A stretch of 64,000 nt of DNA from Camelus ferus. Its lineage: Eukaryota. The notes beneath the pieces were generated by a model. The model was not told where the DNA came from, did not search any database, and saw only the letters and a list, made by a program, of their open reading frames with translations. The stretch spans positions 3,040,001 through 3,104,000 of the forward strand of contig NC_045698.1 in the NCBI RefSeq assembly GCF_009834535.1. The letters are read 5' to 3'. Shown here piece by piece: positions 25,200 to 38,360 of this stretch. Numbering within the stretch: the first letter of the stretch is position 1; the number at the start of each line of letters is the position of its first letter. The position numbers and the translations under genes are program-made.

Positions 25200-26520
25200 G
25201 AGGCATGGGCTTCTGATGTAACCCCATCTAGATGTCTAGTAGCATCACCAATGAAGGACGTTTTAACAACACTCTTGACATCCACACCCTGTTTCCCCTC
25301 CACCCCCAGTCCCTGCATCTCAGGCACCATGGTCCATGAGCTGTCCAAGTCCAAATCCTGGGGTCCATTCATCCTTGGGACTTCCTCTCACCCACTCCTC
25401 AGTTTAATTCCACCAGCGAATCATCTTTTTTTTTTTTTCCAGAACATGTTCTTACTCATTCTCCTCTCCATCTCCACTCATTTCACTACGTGCAAGGCTA
25501 CCTCTCCCTCACCTGAACGTTTGCAGTAACTTCTCCAGCTCCCACTCCCACTTGCCTACCACTCATTCCATGTGCAGCAGGCAACGTGCCCATGGAAAAT
25601 GTAAACCCAGCCATGCTCACCGTTTAAAGCCATCCCAGGGCTTCCTAACACATGTGTAATGAAATAAAAACTTCAGAGACAAAAAGTGTTGATTATCCAG
25701 TATGCCTTCTTATCAGGACAACTTTTTGGCTGGAATTAGAAATATATAAAACTTTTTTTTAAAACCAAAACAAACTAACAATAACAAAAAAAAAAAAAAA
25801 CCGAATTCCCAACTTCTTTTGTAATAAGGCGGCGGCCAGCCACATGAAAGAGTGCAGCTAATAATACAGGATTCTGCTAAAGAGTTTTGAATGAGCTTTA
25901 ACTTTCCTGACACTGGTTTCACCCCACCTTGGTCACCTTCTTGTTTTTCCTGCGCGACTACAATGGTGTGGGTGTATCTATAGCAGCCCCCCTGGGACCT
26001 TGAAGTGAAGATTACAAGAACTGCAGAGACCACATTCCGGAAATTCTGAGTCATTGGAGTGACACCAACAACTCTGCCTCCACCTTCAGACTTTCTGTTA
26101 CCCAAGAACAGTAACCGCGTGTATGTAGCTCACCGCACTCAAGTCTCTGAGGGTGATCACTATACCTGCCCAATGAGGGCCTGTGTCTCCTTGTCCCACC
26201 AAGCTCTCCCGCCTCATTTTCTACACCCTCTGGGTGCTCAAGTCACATGTTTTCTCATGTTTGTATCAGGATCTCCCCTAAGGAGAAACCTCCACCCATA
26301 CACACACTCATCCCCAAGCATCAACCTCTTGTCTTTTCTTGATAGCACTACTCACTTGAATTTTTTAATGTTTGTCTTTTTATTACCTGAGACCTGTTGC
26401 TGGAGTGTAAACTTTATAGGGAAAGGAAGCTTTCATGAGCTGTTCTCACTGAACACCTGGTGCCCAGAACAATACTGGGAGGGGGGAAATACTTCCTGAA
26501 GGAACTGGATGAATGGATCC
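25200..26520 (+). mobile_element. L2 LINE remnant, interrupted at about 25690-26050 by a probable old MLT1-type LTR fragment
   Basis: Pyrimidine-rich L2 motifs (ccatctagatgtctagtagcatc; cagccatgctcaccgtttaaagccatccc) and a decayed 3' end (tgcccagaacaatactgg...ggatgaatggat). Confidence 0.6.
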
Positions 26521-26799
26521 AACTCTCAGGTGCAGTTTATTTAGTAATCAAGTTCATGAACATGATACACAACTATATTGAAGTGTTCTCTTGGAATTTT
26601 ACAATGAAAAAGATAATGCTCAAGTGGAAGTTCAGTATTTGGGTTCTCCTGGGTGGTACCTTCTCTTCCCTCAGTCACATCCACGGGGGAAGGAAAGTCA
26701 TAAACCCAAGATTTCTCGAGAGGATGAAATGAACAAGCCCAGTTTGCTGTGTTTGTCTGTTTTGTCTTTTCGTTTTTGTTGTTTTTGTTCTTATTGGTT

Positions 26800-27740
26800 G
26801 TTTGTTTTCTGTTTATCGTTGATAGTTTTCAGGGGAATTTCTGAAAGAAGGAGTAAGCCATCAGTTTTGCTGCTGTTTTTGGACAAAACTGTTTCATCTA
26901 TATTATACCTTAGTCACAACTTTTCTAAATTCAATATTTAATTTACTTTCATTGTTTCCTTACTTAGTACTATTATTATACAAAGTTTTAAAATAATTGC
27001 TTACATTTTAGTCTTTTATATTCTATTCTCTCAAAGTTGTTTATGGTCCTTAAGTTACCATGGACTTTATTTTTTTGTTTACTTTTACTGTTTACTTTTG
27101 GTTTCTCTCGGGATTTTAATGTAGATGCTTAGTTCTTCTATTTCTTTTTTCTTTTTTTTTCAAAATGTTATTTAAAGTTTAAAATGTATCTCCAATTTCT
27201 GTCTTAAATGTATCCTTAAAATCGTACATGTCTAAAGTTATTTGTCATTTTACTACAAAGTTTTCATAATTTCTCTTTTGTTTCTCTTTAATTCCAGGGT
27301 TACTTAATAATTGGTTTAGTGATTTCCAAATACATGAAAACTTTTTTTCTGGCTTTGAGATGAGGGAACAAATATGATACTTAATTATTTAGAGTGCAAT
27401 GATTCTTCTGTTGTCTGATTCATAGTTTACTTTGAAAATATACTAAGATGTACATTATTAATTTGTTAAATATAAATTTCTCTGTACTTTTAGGTACAGC
27501 TTATTGACCTTGCTAATATCTTCTATATGTTTCTTATTTTTATTCTCTTGCTAATAGCAGTTAATTAAAGCAGTTGGTTAAGATCTATTTTTCTACTCAT
27601 CTCTCCTAGCCTGTCTGTTCAGTTTTAAATTTAAAAGTTATACTTTTAATTAAAACTCTGTTGAAGATTTTTATATCTTCTGATAAATTGTTCTTTTCCA
27701 GTGTATAAAATCAATTTTGGTACCCTGTGATTTATTTCTT
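26800..27740 (-). mobile_element. Very old L1 fragment (T-rich)
   Basis: Strong T skew and decayed antisense ORF2-like motifs (ttaattccagggttacttaataa...tttccaaatacatg). Confidence 0.45.
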
Positions 27741-27744
27741 TAGC

Positions 27745-30700
27745 TGAGTGATAATGAGAAATAATAAAGCAGCTGAAATAGATAATAACAAAGAATCAGA
27801 AGAAGACACAAATCAATGTGTCTACTCATTTTTAAATTGCCCTATATCACAGTGAAGGAAGAGAGTACTGCAGAACTTAAATTAAAACAAACAAACAAAC
27901 AAAACAGAACAGGACTTGAGACTCAATATTTTTCAGAATGTGAGTGTTTACACACACACACACACACACTAAAAACAGCCATGGTGCAGAAGAAAACTCA
28001 GTAGTAACATATCATCTAAAATTTGAATACTGTGATTATTTATACAAAGGAAGACGTAACAGAAGTTTAAAATTTCCTGATAGTATTGAACAAAAGGAAG
28101 GGAAAATACAAAGTAGAAACTAATTTGTCTCAGAAAGAAGTTTGAGAAAAAGGAAAGTGCGTATTATAAATTAAGACTAACTTACAAATTTCCTGTGATA
28201 GTACATACATAACTAGAGATGCAGTATTAGAAATAGAGAACATAAATAAAGAGCTACAAAAATTAAGCAAATTAAGAATGTTATCTAAAGAATCAGAAAT
28301 ATGTGTGGAAGATATGCAAAGAGGATCTAACAGAGGTATAATAGGAGGAATTGCTGCCTTCCTCCAAGAGAAAAGCAAGTCATTGGAACAAAATTAATAT
28401 TTAAAACTGTAACACATATCACACTTTCTTAGAATCAAAGAAAACTTGAATATACATATTAAAGTGCCTATCAAAGACCTCAAAAACTTTATCCAGAAAG
28501 ATACTGTAATAAAACTGGTAAACTTTTTAAACTATGCAGAAAAATATATGAAACTCTGAATATAAAATCTAAGTTAACTATGAAGAAAGAGAATTAAGCT
28601 TCTCACAGATGCTTGACAGCAAATACGAAAATAAGAGAAGAATGGTGCATGAATAAGGAATGATTTGTCAAGAAAAAACATGCATGCACCCAGAGGAATA
28701 TGATGCTGGTTTAAAAAAAAATAAGAAGAAAAGCACTATGATTGAGTGATGTTCCATACATATTTTAGGTCAGAAAAAAATTACAAAGTGGTGTATTTAT
28801 TATGCTACATTTTAGGAAAGAAAGAAGGTGAAAAAATAATGCACATATTTGTTTGTTTTTGAGGAAAGAAACTGTGGAAGACAAACCTAAAACAAGAAAT
28901 AATTACAGAGTTGGGTAAATAAGAATGGATATCTAACCTCTGTAAGTATGACTTTTAATACAGTTCTGACATTTTAATCATGTCAATACTTCACACATTA
29001 ACAGATGAAGTTAAATAAAAAAGAAACTTTAGTCTTTAGCAAAAATAAATGAACTAATTATATGGTAGATGACTAACAACCATAAGATAAGAAGTAATTC
29101 AAATTATTTCTAACATGTCATTCATATTCTAACATATATCTTCAATAGAATATAATTTAAGAAACAAAGATATTGCAAACAAATACTAAACTTCACTCAG
29201 TAGTTCTAATTTAATGATGATATTGTAATTTTGTCACTATTTTCTGCAGCTTGTAAGTGACAAATAACTAAATATGTTAATGATATCATGAACCAAGACT
29301 TTCAATATAAAAGAAAATAGATAAAAATGGAAAATCAGAAAAGTTAACAAAAATACCTCTAATGTCAACATTTTTGGAAGTATGATTTCATGATTTACTT
29401 TGAAAAATGTATATTTGCTTAGCTTTGTCTCCTGAAGCAGCCTAGAAGCATTGCCACCTGTAGCAATAAACACCTCTGGTGCCAAGAAGCTGAGTTTGAA
29501 TTCCATTCACCACTAGGAAGAAACAGTGTTCCTTAGACAAGGGCTAATGTCAATGTGCAGCAAGGTAAGTTCAATGCATTCAAAGATGGATGGGGTCGTA
29601 TCAAAAGGGCACAGGGCTTGACTAAGGGAATCACAGTGGTTCAGCTGGAGAAACTTCAGGTGTTGGCAAAAATGATAACAGTAATTGAGTATAATGTGTG
29701 GAACAAATGAAAATCTATTAACCTTTCAAGTATATGAATAGGGGAAAAAACACATTGTCCACAATTACAGGTGACTATTATACCAACACTGCACTTTGAA
29801 GGATGGAAATTAAACAGAAGGAGTTCTTTCCTCCCTCAAAATTTTAAATTCCTTCCTCAAAAATTCCTTCCTCAAAAATTGGAGATGTAGATGAGGTCAA
29901 GCTATCCTTTAAACAATAATCTCAATTTGTACATATAGAAGCAGTGAATCATTTGGCAACCCCCCAGTAAAATGTTGGTTCAAGCAGGCATCACCAATGG
30001 ATGCTAAATAGCTCAGATGAACGGTTGCCACCACCTTAACCAAGTGATTAAATTTAGCATCACTAATAACACAGCAACCTGACAGGAGGCACCTCCTGAT
30101 GTGCTGAAATGTCAAGTGTGTAACATGACACATGAGGTGTTCTTGCTAAAAATAGTGGCCACAAATGTAGACCCAACCTTCAGTTTACAGGGACGGTGAG
30201 AGCCAGAGAAATAAGGATCATCTAGGTAAGTGATACTGGGAGAAAACAGACAGACAAACCCAGAATATGGGGCCTCAAAATATCACTGCCTCTTCTTTCT
30301 AAAAAGTCAAAAAAGACTGTAGAGAGGAAGGTGCTCTTCTGAGCTTAAAAGACAAAAGAGGGACAGCGATGTAATGAATGCGCAGGCTTTGAATCTGAGC
30401 TGGGTAAAACCAGTTCTAAAACATCTGGAAAAAACAGAGAAGATTCACATGTGATCTGGGCTAAACTGATATTAGAGAATCAGGTTTGATTTTATTTGGT
30501 GTGACAGTGGGAAATTTGGCAGGTATGTGGTTATGTGTGATTTTGCAAAACATTATCTATTAGTCTACCATTCTATTTATCTATCTAGATAAAGACATAA
30601 ACTGAGATAGAGATACAGGTAGAGAAAAATAAAATGATAAACATTTTAAAATGTGGTAAAATGTTAATTGTTAAATCTAGGTGATTATTGCATTAGTTTT

Positions 30701-30750
30701 CTGCCTTTTCTGTAATTTCTAAAATTTTTATAATTAAAAAAATTACACAT
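27745..30750 (+). mobile_element. Old L1 fragments (ORF1-like then L1MC4/ME-like 3' region)
   Basis: A skew. ORF1-like gaggatctaacagaggtataatagga and aaacttgaatatacatattaaagtgcc. 3' UTR-like aaaatgtatatttgcttagctttgtctcctgaagcagcctagaagca, ending aaaatttttataattaaaaaa. Confidence 0.6.
27950..27969. repeat. (CA)n microsatellite, about 10 units
   Basis: Read directly from the sequence. Confidence 0.9.
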
Positions 30751-31177
30751 AAAGGCTATTTTCAATTCAGAATTGAATTTAGGTCTAATGAATATACAGT
30801 TTTAAAAGATTCAGTTTTAATCAAATGTTCTTTGTGGGCTTGTCCAAAAACTAAGATTATTCAAATATGAAATATAATTTTATTAAAAGTTATCACTTCT
30901 ACTGCCCATGTTAAAATCAAAGAAACTACCATGTGTTAAAAATTTGATTATATCACAAAATTATTTTATGTCAATAGGTACCTTTCTCTTAATACATCAT
31001 ATAGACGTCATCACAGTATGCAATAAGTCGATAATCCCCACTGCGTTAAACTCTAGAAAATTCTAGGTGCTGCTGCCCCCAGCATTTGCCCTTCTTCTCT
31101 TCAAGCAACTGGTCTCTTTGACCCAGCTATTTATTTATCAAAGTACTATCTATCTTTTTACAATCCTGACATAATTC

Positions 31178-31411
31178 CTTCTTTTCTTTTAATTGAAGTA
31201 TAGTCAGTTACAATGTGTCAATTTCTGGTGCACAGACTAATGTCCCAGTTGTGCATATACGTGTATATATTCATCTTCATATTCTTTTTCATGAAAGGTT
31301 ATTACAGGATATTAAATATAGTTCCCTGTGTTGTACAGAAGAAATTTTCTTTTTATCTATTTTTATATATAGTGGTTAACATTTGCAAATCTCAAACTCC
31401 TAAATTTATCC
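31178..31411 (-). mobile_element. Young L1 3' end fragment
   Basis: ttttaattgaagtatagtcagttacaatgtgtcaatttctggtg...gttccctgtg...atttgcaaatctcaaactcc is the reverse complement of the 3' UTR seen at 11.7-11.9 kb. Confidence 0.93.
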
Positions 31412-33569
31412 TAAAAGAGTTGGCTCCAAGTGTTCGTTGAATTGCATTGGATTTCTAGAATGGAAACAACTCTGTGTGTATGTGTGTGTTCATGTGCACG
31501 CATGCACATGTGTGCCATACTTCTGACACTAAGTGAATATATTTCCAGATCCGTGGCAGTGAGTGACATGGGTGCGTGCACGTCAGCCTTCCCACAGTAC
31601 GGAGACCGGTGTTTCTTTTTCCTTCCTGGGGGTTTCTAGTTATGGTCATGTAGTCAGAAACATTTACATTTTGAAGGTGAAGGCAGCTGACGTTCACTGG
31701 CATAATGGAAGTGACATTAATAACGTTAAATGTCATAACTCTTGACAACCAGATGCAAATGAGCACCTTACTAGCAAGCAAGGAAAAAAAAAAGAAATCC
31801 TTGAATATATCTTTTCTTTAAAGTGCATTGTTGAGTATTCGAAAAACTCTCCAACCAAGATGGAAGCCAGGAATCCAATTTGGGTGACCTCGCTAAGGTC
31901 CTCCAGGCACAAATTAGTCCTCCTTTCTAGCTGTAATCATCTATCTCCATGTATGATTGAGGGCAGTTGTGATATTTACAACTATGCAAATCCTTCTCTT
32001 ATTTATGCCTTTCCATTTAGATTTTGCTCCCGTTTTTCCTTAATCTTTTATTTTTTCTTCAGTGCCAATGTGACTGGCAGGTAGAGGGACACTGCACACT
32101 GCCAGACCTTGCTCTCTTTTCCTTTGCTCAGAAACATAACAAAGGTGCTTTCAGACCTAAATGAAGCAAGTCCTCACATCCTTTCCCTGTTGTCACAACA
32201 GATTTAGCAGACCCTCTGATGTGGTTCCCACATCTCCCTCGCCTTGTCAGGGGGTTGCCATCATTTAGAAAGGTACACAGCATTTTGAAAGGATTAGAGG
32301 ATAAAACACAACTCAATCCTTTATAAAAGAGCGAAAGAGGGAGTGGGGAGAGGGAGAAATGTCAGATGTTGCAGAACGATTGGACAAGAATGCCACGTAC
32401 AAAGGGAACCCGCAAGCAGAGAGCACTTCTGTCCTAGGGGCGGAAGGAGGGAGAGGTGGCATTTGACAAATATTTACTCCCACAGAGGAGGCGTTGGGTG
32501 GGAAAGGCCCACAAGTGGGTTATGACAATGTCAAAAGGAGACAGAATAAAGCAGAATCAAGAACTCAGTGGACACTCATTGCATCCAGTGTTTGTTTGTT
32601 TTTTCCCCAACACTGGAGGGAAACGGGTAAAATCCATCCTTTGTAATGAAAGGGGGGAAAGTCAAATTGTCCCTGTGAGGGCAGAGTGGGGTGAGCTTGG
32701 CCGGGAGCCTGATGTGGGCGGAACTCAGCTCCCTGTCTTCCTAATCCACAGGACCCCTGGAAGGCAGCGTTCAGGTGCCGGAGGGATTCGTGCAGCCTAA
32801 CCCTCCGTTTTAGAGGTGAGCAGTCAGAGCTCTGGGAGGTGTGGCACCAGCACACAGACAGTTAACGTGAACGGCAGAGTCTAGGTTACCTCCCCTTCGC
32901 CACCTCCTTCCCCTGCATCTTTGTCCTGCTCCAGACTCCAGCCCTCTGAAGATGCACAGAGCACAGCCTCCCTCCTGCCTCTGCTTTCACTTCTGCTTTC
33001 ATCCCACAACCATTGTAACCACAAAAAAACTTTCTCTCTTCTCAGAGTAATTACACAAAAAGCAAATCATGCATTAAAATCCTTGGATCTTACAATACAA
33101 AACAATTACCAACCTATTAATAGATTTCAAAGGAATCAGACACTGAAGACCAACCTACCCAACTGATTTCCCCTAAAACAGTATTTATTTGGATACATTT
33201 GTATGTATTTTTAGCATTTGCAAAACACAGTTATGGGAAGGAAAGACGAAAAGGGGAATCCCCCGATTAAATGTGGGAAAACATCCACAGTGAATGTGTT
33301 ATTACAGGTGCTACCAGAGCAGTGACTACTCCAAACCAGAGGAAAGCTAGCATTGATCAAATTACGTGAGGGAGTCAAAGAACTTCAAATTGATCTAAAC
33401 TTGATGCACTTAGTATTCAAATCGCATTGGCCGGTGTTCAGACACATTCTTGGGTAAATGAAAGTGTTATTTAACTTGCTGTTCTAGACTCATTAGCTAG
33501 GTGAGTGCATGTCTTGTTTTACTCCAAAAGCTGTGAGAGGAGAGAGGCCAAGGGGAAACTGAAATACTT

Positions 33570-35285
33570 CCACTTTAAAAGGTACTTGTAGGTGCTGGCT
33601 TAAAGACATCAGTATGGATCTCTGTGTAGGTGTGTGTACACATGCGTACAGAGGGACAGATGCTGAAATGATTACAGACATGCAGTGTGCAGCGAGGAAG
33701 TGTGGAGTCACTGACAGCCTGGAAGCGACAGGCTCACAAGCACCCAGGCTGTCTTCTAAGTATCACTTTCCAATTAAAAAAAAAAAATCAAGACTCCTTG
33801 AAAAAAAATGGCTGATTCTAGGGCTGAGGCAAGAAGAATACAGGCTGAGCCTGGAGTAAATATGTGCTCAAAAAAAAAAAAAAAAAAGAAAGAAAAAGAA
33901 AAAGTTGCCACGTCTGAGGGACTCAAGAGTTAACCTAAAACTTGTCCCAACACCCAAAGCTGGATCGAGTGGAACCATTGTATTGCATTATAGCTTCAAG
34001 GATGGAAGTAGCATCCAGGAATCCACACCACAAATGACTAAAATAATAGATAAATGCGGGAGAAGAGAAAAGTATCCTTTACAGAAAAATCCTGATGAAT
34101 AGAGAAGGAGTGAGGGAAGTGAAAATTCACCATCAATGGGTACATTGCGGTAATGACCGCTGCAGACCAGACTCACCGATGAAGGCCGAAATCAGTGGGA
34201 TAAGTTTTAAGGAGGAAGGGACACCTGCATGTTCTCAAATTATCTCCTCCAATATATTTAGTAATTACTGTGGCTTCAACAAATGTCCACAAATTATCTG
34301 ACACTCTCCTTCTTGTGGAGGAGTTTGATTCTTCTCCTCTTGGTTGTAGGTTGAACCTAGTGACTGGCTTCCATAATCTGTGAGTATGTAAAGGAAAAAA
34401 AATAGTATCATTTTAGTGGAAACATCTGGAAGGCTCCACCGTAACCAAGTGATCTGGGTTAGCAGGATGCAAGGAGAAAGGCACATGGCCTCTGGGATAG
34501 CCTCTCCCCAGACCCACACGATCGTGCTGATCATGAGACAGCAGTGCCTTAACTTGGTACGACTGCTATGATAAAGACATAGATTAAATCACTTCAACAA
34601 CAGACATTTATTTTCTCACAGTTCTGAAGGCTGGAAATCCAAGATCAAGGTGTTGGCAGGGTTGGTTTCTCTTGAGATCTCTCTCCTCACTGTGTAGATG
34701 GCCCAGCTTCTCGCTGTGTCCAAGGGTGGTCATCCTTCTCTGTCCGTCTGTGTCTTAAGCTCCTCTTCTTATAAGGATGCCTGCCATAGGGACCACTCTA
34801 ATGACTCCATTTTATCTTAGTCACCTCTTCTAAGGCCCTGTCTCCAAATATAGTCACATTCTGAGTAGTGAGAGAACTTCAGCATATGAATTTGAGGGGA
34901 CACAGTTCAGCCCATGATAACGAGATAGACACAAACGGAGAAACATTCTCCAGAATAACCAGCCAGTGCTCTTAACAACTGCCCGTATTGTAAAATGTAT
35001 GGATTAGAAGAGACTAAGACACACAGGACAAAATGCAACATGCAGTTCTGGGTTAATGCTGGAACCAAAAACCAGTATTGGCTGGAAAAACTGGGAGAAA
35101 ATATAGAAAATCCACAGTTCAGTTATTAGTATTAAATAAAGTTTAATTAATTTGTGTTTTCTATTTATACCAGTATCATGTAAGATATTAATATTGAAGG
35201 AAGCTGAAAGATACAGGGAACTGTCTGTACTATCTTTGTAATTCTTCTGAAAATCCAAGATTATTTCAAAATAAAAAGCTAAAAA
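33570..35285 (+). mobile_element. L1MD-like 3' region split by an MLT1 LTR
   Basis: ctccttgaaaaaaaatggctgattctagggctgaggcaag; gtggaaacatctggaaggctccaccgtaaccaagtgatc; end motif ctgtactatctttgtaattcttctgaaaatccaagattatttcaaaataaaa. Confidence 0.75.
34545..34921 (-). mobile_element. MaLR solo LTR (MLT1B/C-like)
   Basis: caacagacatttattttctcacagttctgaaggctggaaatccaagatcaagg...tctccaaatatagtcacattctgag...tttgagggggacacagttcagccc. Confidence 0.92.
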
Positions 35286-35320
35286 TAAGTTACTTCTATC
35301 TTAAAAATCACCTAGCTTTA

Positions 35321-35477
35321 TGGCACAGAGAAATATATACAAGACCTTGTGGTAGCTCACAGCAAAAATAAAAATGTGACAATGACTATGTGTATGTTCA
35401 TGTGTAACTGAAAAATTGTGCTCTGCACTGGAATTTGACCCAACATTGTAAAATGACTGTAACTCAATAAAAAAAAT
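35321..35477 (+). mobile_element. Short young L1 3' end
   Basis: gcacagagaaatatatacaagaccttgtggtagctcacagc...gtaaaatgactgtaactcaataaaaaaaa, same family as 6414-6839, flanked by a 32-bp duplication. Confidence 0.92.
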
Positions 35478-35679
35478 GTTACTTCTATCTTAAAAATCAC
35501 CTAACTTTACTTGAGAGAAGAAAATAAAACAAAACCGAGGAGAAATTGAACTCACAGATTATGTCTTCTTTTAATGTCTTTTCTATGCAAAGATTTTGTC
35601 TCCTTAATGACTTTTAAGTCCTCCTACATTTTTGATTTCTCAGTTTGAAAATGAGTTATGCATTCTCTTAATTCCGCTG

Positions 35680-36570
35680 GCCATTCATCCCTTCATGTAT
35701 TCAGGCTGCAGTCTTCAAGCATTTTTTAAGTACCTGCTATGCTCTTTGCATACAAAAAGATAAGAGCATGCTCTAATCATGGAGGTGTACATGACTGGGG
35801 GTACCGTCTGGGGCACACGTGAGTGGTGAGGGAGGCCATCTGAAATCACCTCACCACTGCAGTGCAGTTAGAGACGTAGAGGTAAGAACAGGAGATATCC
35901 AAGCAAAGAGGAGGAAATGCTTTCCTCTGCCAGGAGAAGCATGGGTAAGAGTCCCCGAAAAAAGTGACATGAGACGGAGTTCATACAGGGCATGGGAAAA
36001 TGGGTGAACAATTCAGCGGGGAGGGAGAAATGTGCATGTGAAAAAGAGGCAAAAGCTCTTAGTAGATAATTGTCGAGAACTATAAGCAACTTGGTATCAT
36101 TTAGGAAGAGAATTTTTGAGCGGAGTGACTAGGGAGAGATGAGGATGGATTACAAGGTAGGTGGAGAGAGGAGTGAGATCCTGAAAGGTGTTTCTAGCCA
36201 TGGGGAGCATCCGGAACTGCTCTCATCTAGGGCATGAGATCTTAAGACAGCAGTCTGTAATGATTCACAGTAAGAGAGCAGCAAGGATGAAAGGAAAGGG
36301 CTGGTCTGGAGGAACCTCAGCCAATGAGAAGCCGGTTACCCTATCCGGGTTAGAGCCGCCATAGCACAGCTTAGATGTGTCTGGGAATAGGAGCCAAGGA
36401 AGACAGGCTTTAGGAGAGAACGAAATGTTGGGAGATGTTTAGCCAGTTAAAAACAATCAACAATCAACAGTTATTCACCCATTGAATGAAAGGGCAGAGG
36501 GAGAGACACGATGCTAGGAATATTTTCAGATTTTTGTCTTTGGAGTGTGATTAGATTTTACTACTAAGAC
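35680..36570 (-). mobile_element. L2 LINE remnant
   Basis: Starts cattcatcccttcat...caagcattttttaagtacctgctatg (antisense L2 3' end), followed by a purine-rich body. Confidence 0.65.
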
Positions 36571-36682
36571 TGCTACCAGCACCGTGGTAGTGCTAACATA
36601 ACTACCAGATGTAGGAGGGAAAATCCTGCAGCTGCCGCCACTACTAGGCCCAGTACCGCCGAAGTGCTTGCTTCCGTGGCAG

Positions 36683-36859
36683 GTGGGGCTGGCTTCTTTG
36701 CTGGGCATCCTGGGCAGTTACACAAGGCCCTGCACTCAGAAGGGGCCTACACTTTATTTAATGCTTTGCTTTGACATCTTGAAAGTCTTAATTTTTGAAA
36801 ACAAATAGTCCCATGTTTTCACGTTGCAATGAACCCCGCATCTTATGTAGCTGTTCTTG
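36683..36859. mobile_element. MER91-like hAT-Tip100 DNA transposon fossil
   Basis: ggcagttacacaaggccctgcactcagaaggggcc...atgttttcacgttgcaatgaaccccgcatcttatgtagctg resembles recalled MER91A. Confidence 0.65.
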
Positions 36860-36864
36860 TTGTC

Positions 36865-37078
36865 AAGTAATATTCTATGTGCTTTATATTCATTAACCTT
36901 TTCACTCTCCAAGTCCTACCTGGTCTACAGTCATTATGACTGACCTCATCTTACAGGTGGAGACGTTAAAGCACAGAAGCATTAAGTAACTTGCCTAAAA
37001 CCACACATCTGGCAAGTGCCATGGCTGGGCTTCGAGCTCAGGCACGCACCGAGTCTAGCGCATGTGCTGCGCCTCTCC
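36865..37078 (-). mobile_element. MIR SINE
   Basis: catcttacaggtggagacgttaaagcacagaagcattaagtaacttgcctaaaaccacaca. Confidence 0.85.
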
Positions 37079-37169
37079 ACAGCTGTGTCTAAAGAAAGGA
37101 ACTCATAAAGTGTGGAGGGTGAGAGGACAAGAGATGGGCCAGATATGTTTGGTTTTGAAGTGGAAAACC

Positions 37170-38360
37170 GTGGAAGAAGTCCTGCTTCAAAGGCGGTCTT
37201 CATATCTGTCACAGCGTCCCTGGTTTCCTTTTGATTCCGTCTTGGTATTTCTGTCACTGTCCCTACGTTACGCATCTGACCTTTCATGCTGTATACTTTT
37301 TCCCATTAACATTTGCCCCCAACAAGTCGATCGCAGTGCTTTTAGCTCCAAAATCTCCGTCCTGTCCGAGTCTAATTCTGGTGTGTGTTTGGCCTCTTTA
37401 GACTGTTTTTCTTGCCTCTTAGCACGCCCTGCAATTTTTACTGAAAGGCAGACGCGATGTATCTGAGAATAGGAGCCAAAGTAGACAGGTTTTAGCGTGA
37501 CGTTTTATGCCAGCCTGGCCAGGAACTGAGCTGCGTTCAGACCTTCCATTCCCTCTGGTGTCCTTGCTCTGTTTTGTTTTGTATTTTCTGGTTTTTTTCC
37601 TCCCCTGCTGTCTTTGGTTTTCCCTAAGAACTTCCTCTTAAGTAGAGTCTGTCTTGCAGCTCTTCCGGGTGTGACTCACTGTTAGTATACAAGAATTCTG
37701 TTGACACCATGTCAAGGTATTGAAGCTGGGAAGCATTCTACAACCTTAAGACTAAATCTATCTTTTAATGGGCTTGCTTTCCTGTGTGTGGCCTTTGCAA
37801 GCATTCCTTAGCCTGTTCCCTTTCCCTTAGGTGAGACAAAAGGGTCTTGAGGATTGAAGTTGGGTAATTACCTGCTGACTCTGTGAGGCAAGTATCTAGG
37901 AGACTGTTCTGCGGATGGATAAGCTGGGTTATAGAGAACACTCAAGACTTATTTCAAAAGCATTATGTTATGTTTCTTCCTTCTGCAAAAGCACATGATG
38001 ATTTTTCTCTGATCTATTGTGGGAACCAAGTTAGGTTCCTGGAAGTAAAAGTCACCATAATGTGGGGACCATCCCAAGACTGGGTCCCCAGGAGTTCTCT
38101 AGTTTTTAACTCTCATTCCTCAAAATGAATCATGAAATGTCTTCCTAGCTATAGCGCTAGTGGCTTCTTCTCCAACTGAACTGACCTTGGCTATGACCCT
38201 CTCTAGTCATGTCTATGGACTTTGGGGTAGCAATGTGCCCTGCAACCTCAATTCTTTAATCCAGGTGATTGATTTTCAGGGTTTTTTTTTTTTTGGCTTT
38301 TTCTTTTAAGGACTGGAGATACAAATTCCAAGTTCTTCACATGTTAGAGTTGAAATCAAG
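37170..38360 (-). mobile_element. Old L1 5' region (L1M4/L1MD 5'-end-like)
   Basis: ORF 36982-37287(-) begins KGQMRNVGTVTEIPRRNQKE, resembling the ORF1 coiled-coil N-terminus. Also antisense motif gagtctaattctggtgtgtgtttggcctctttagactg. Confidence 0.65.
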
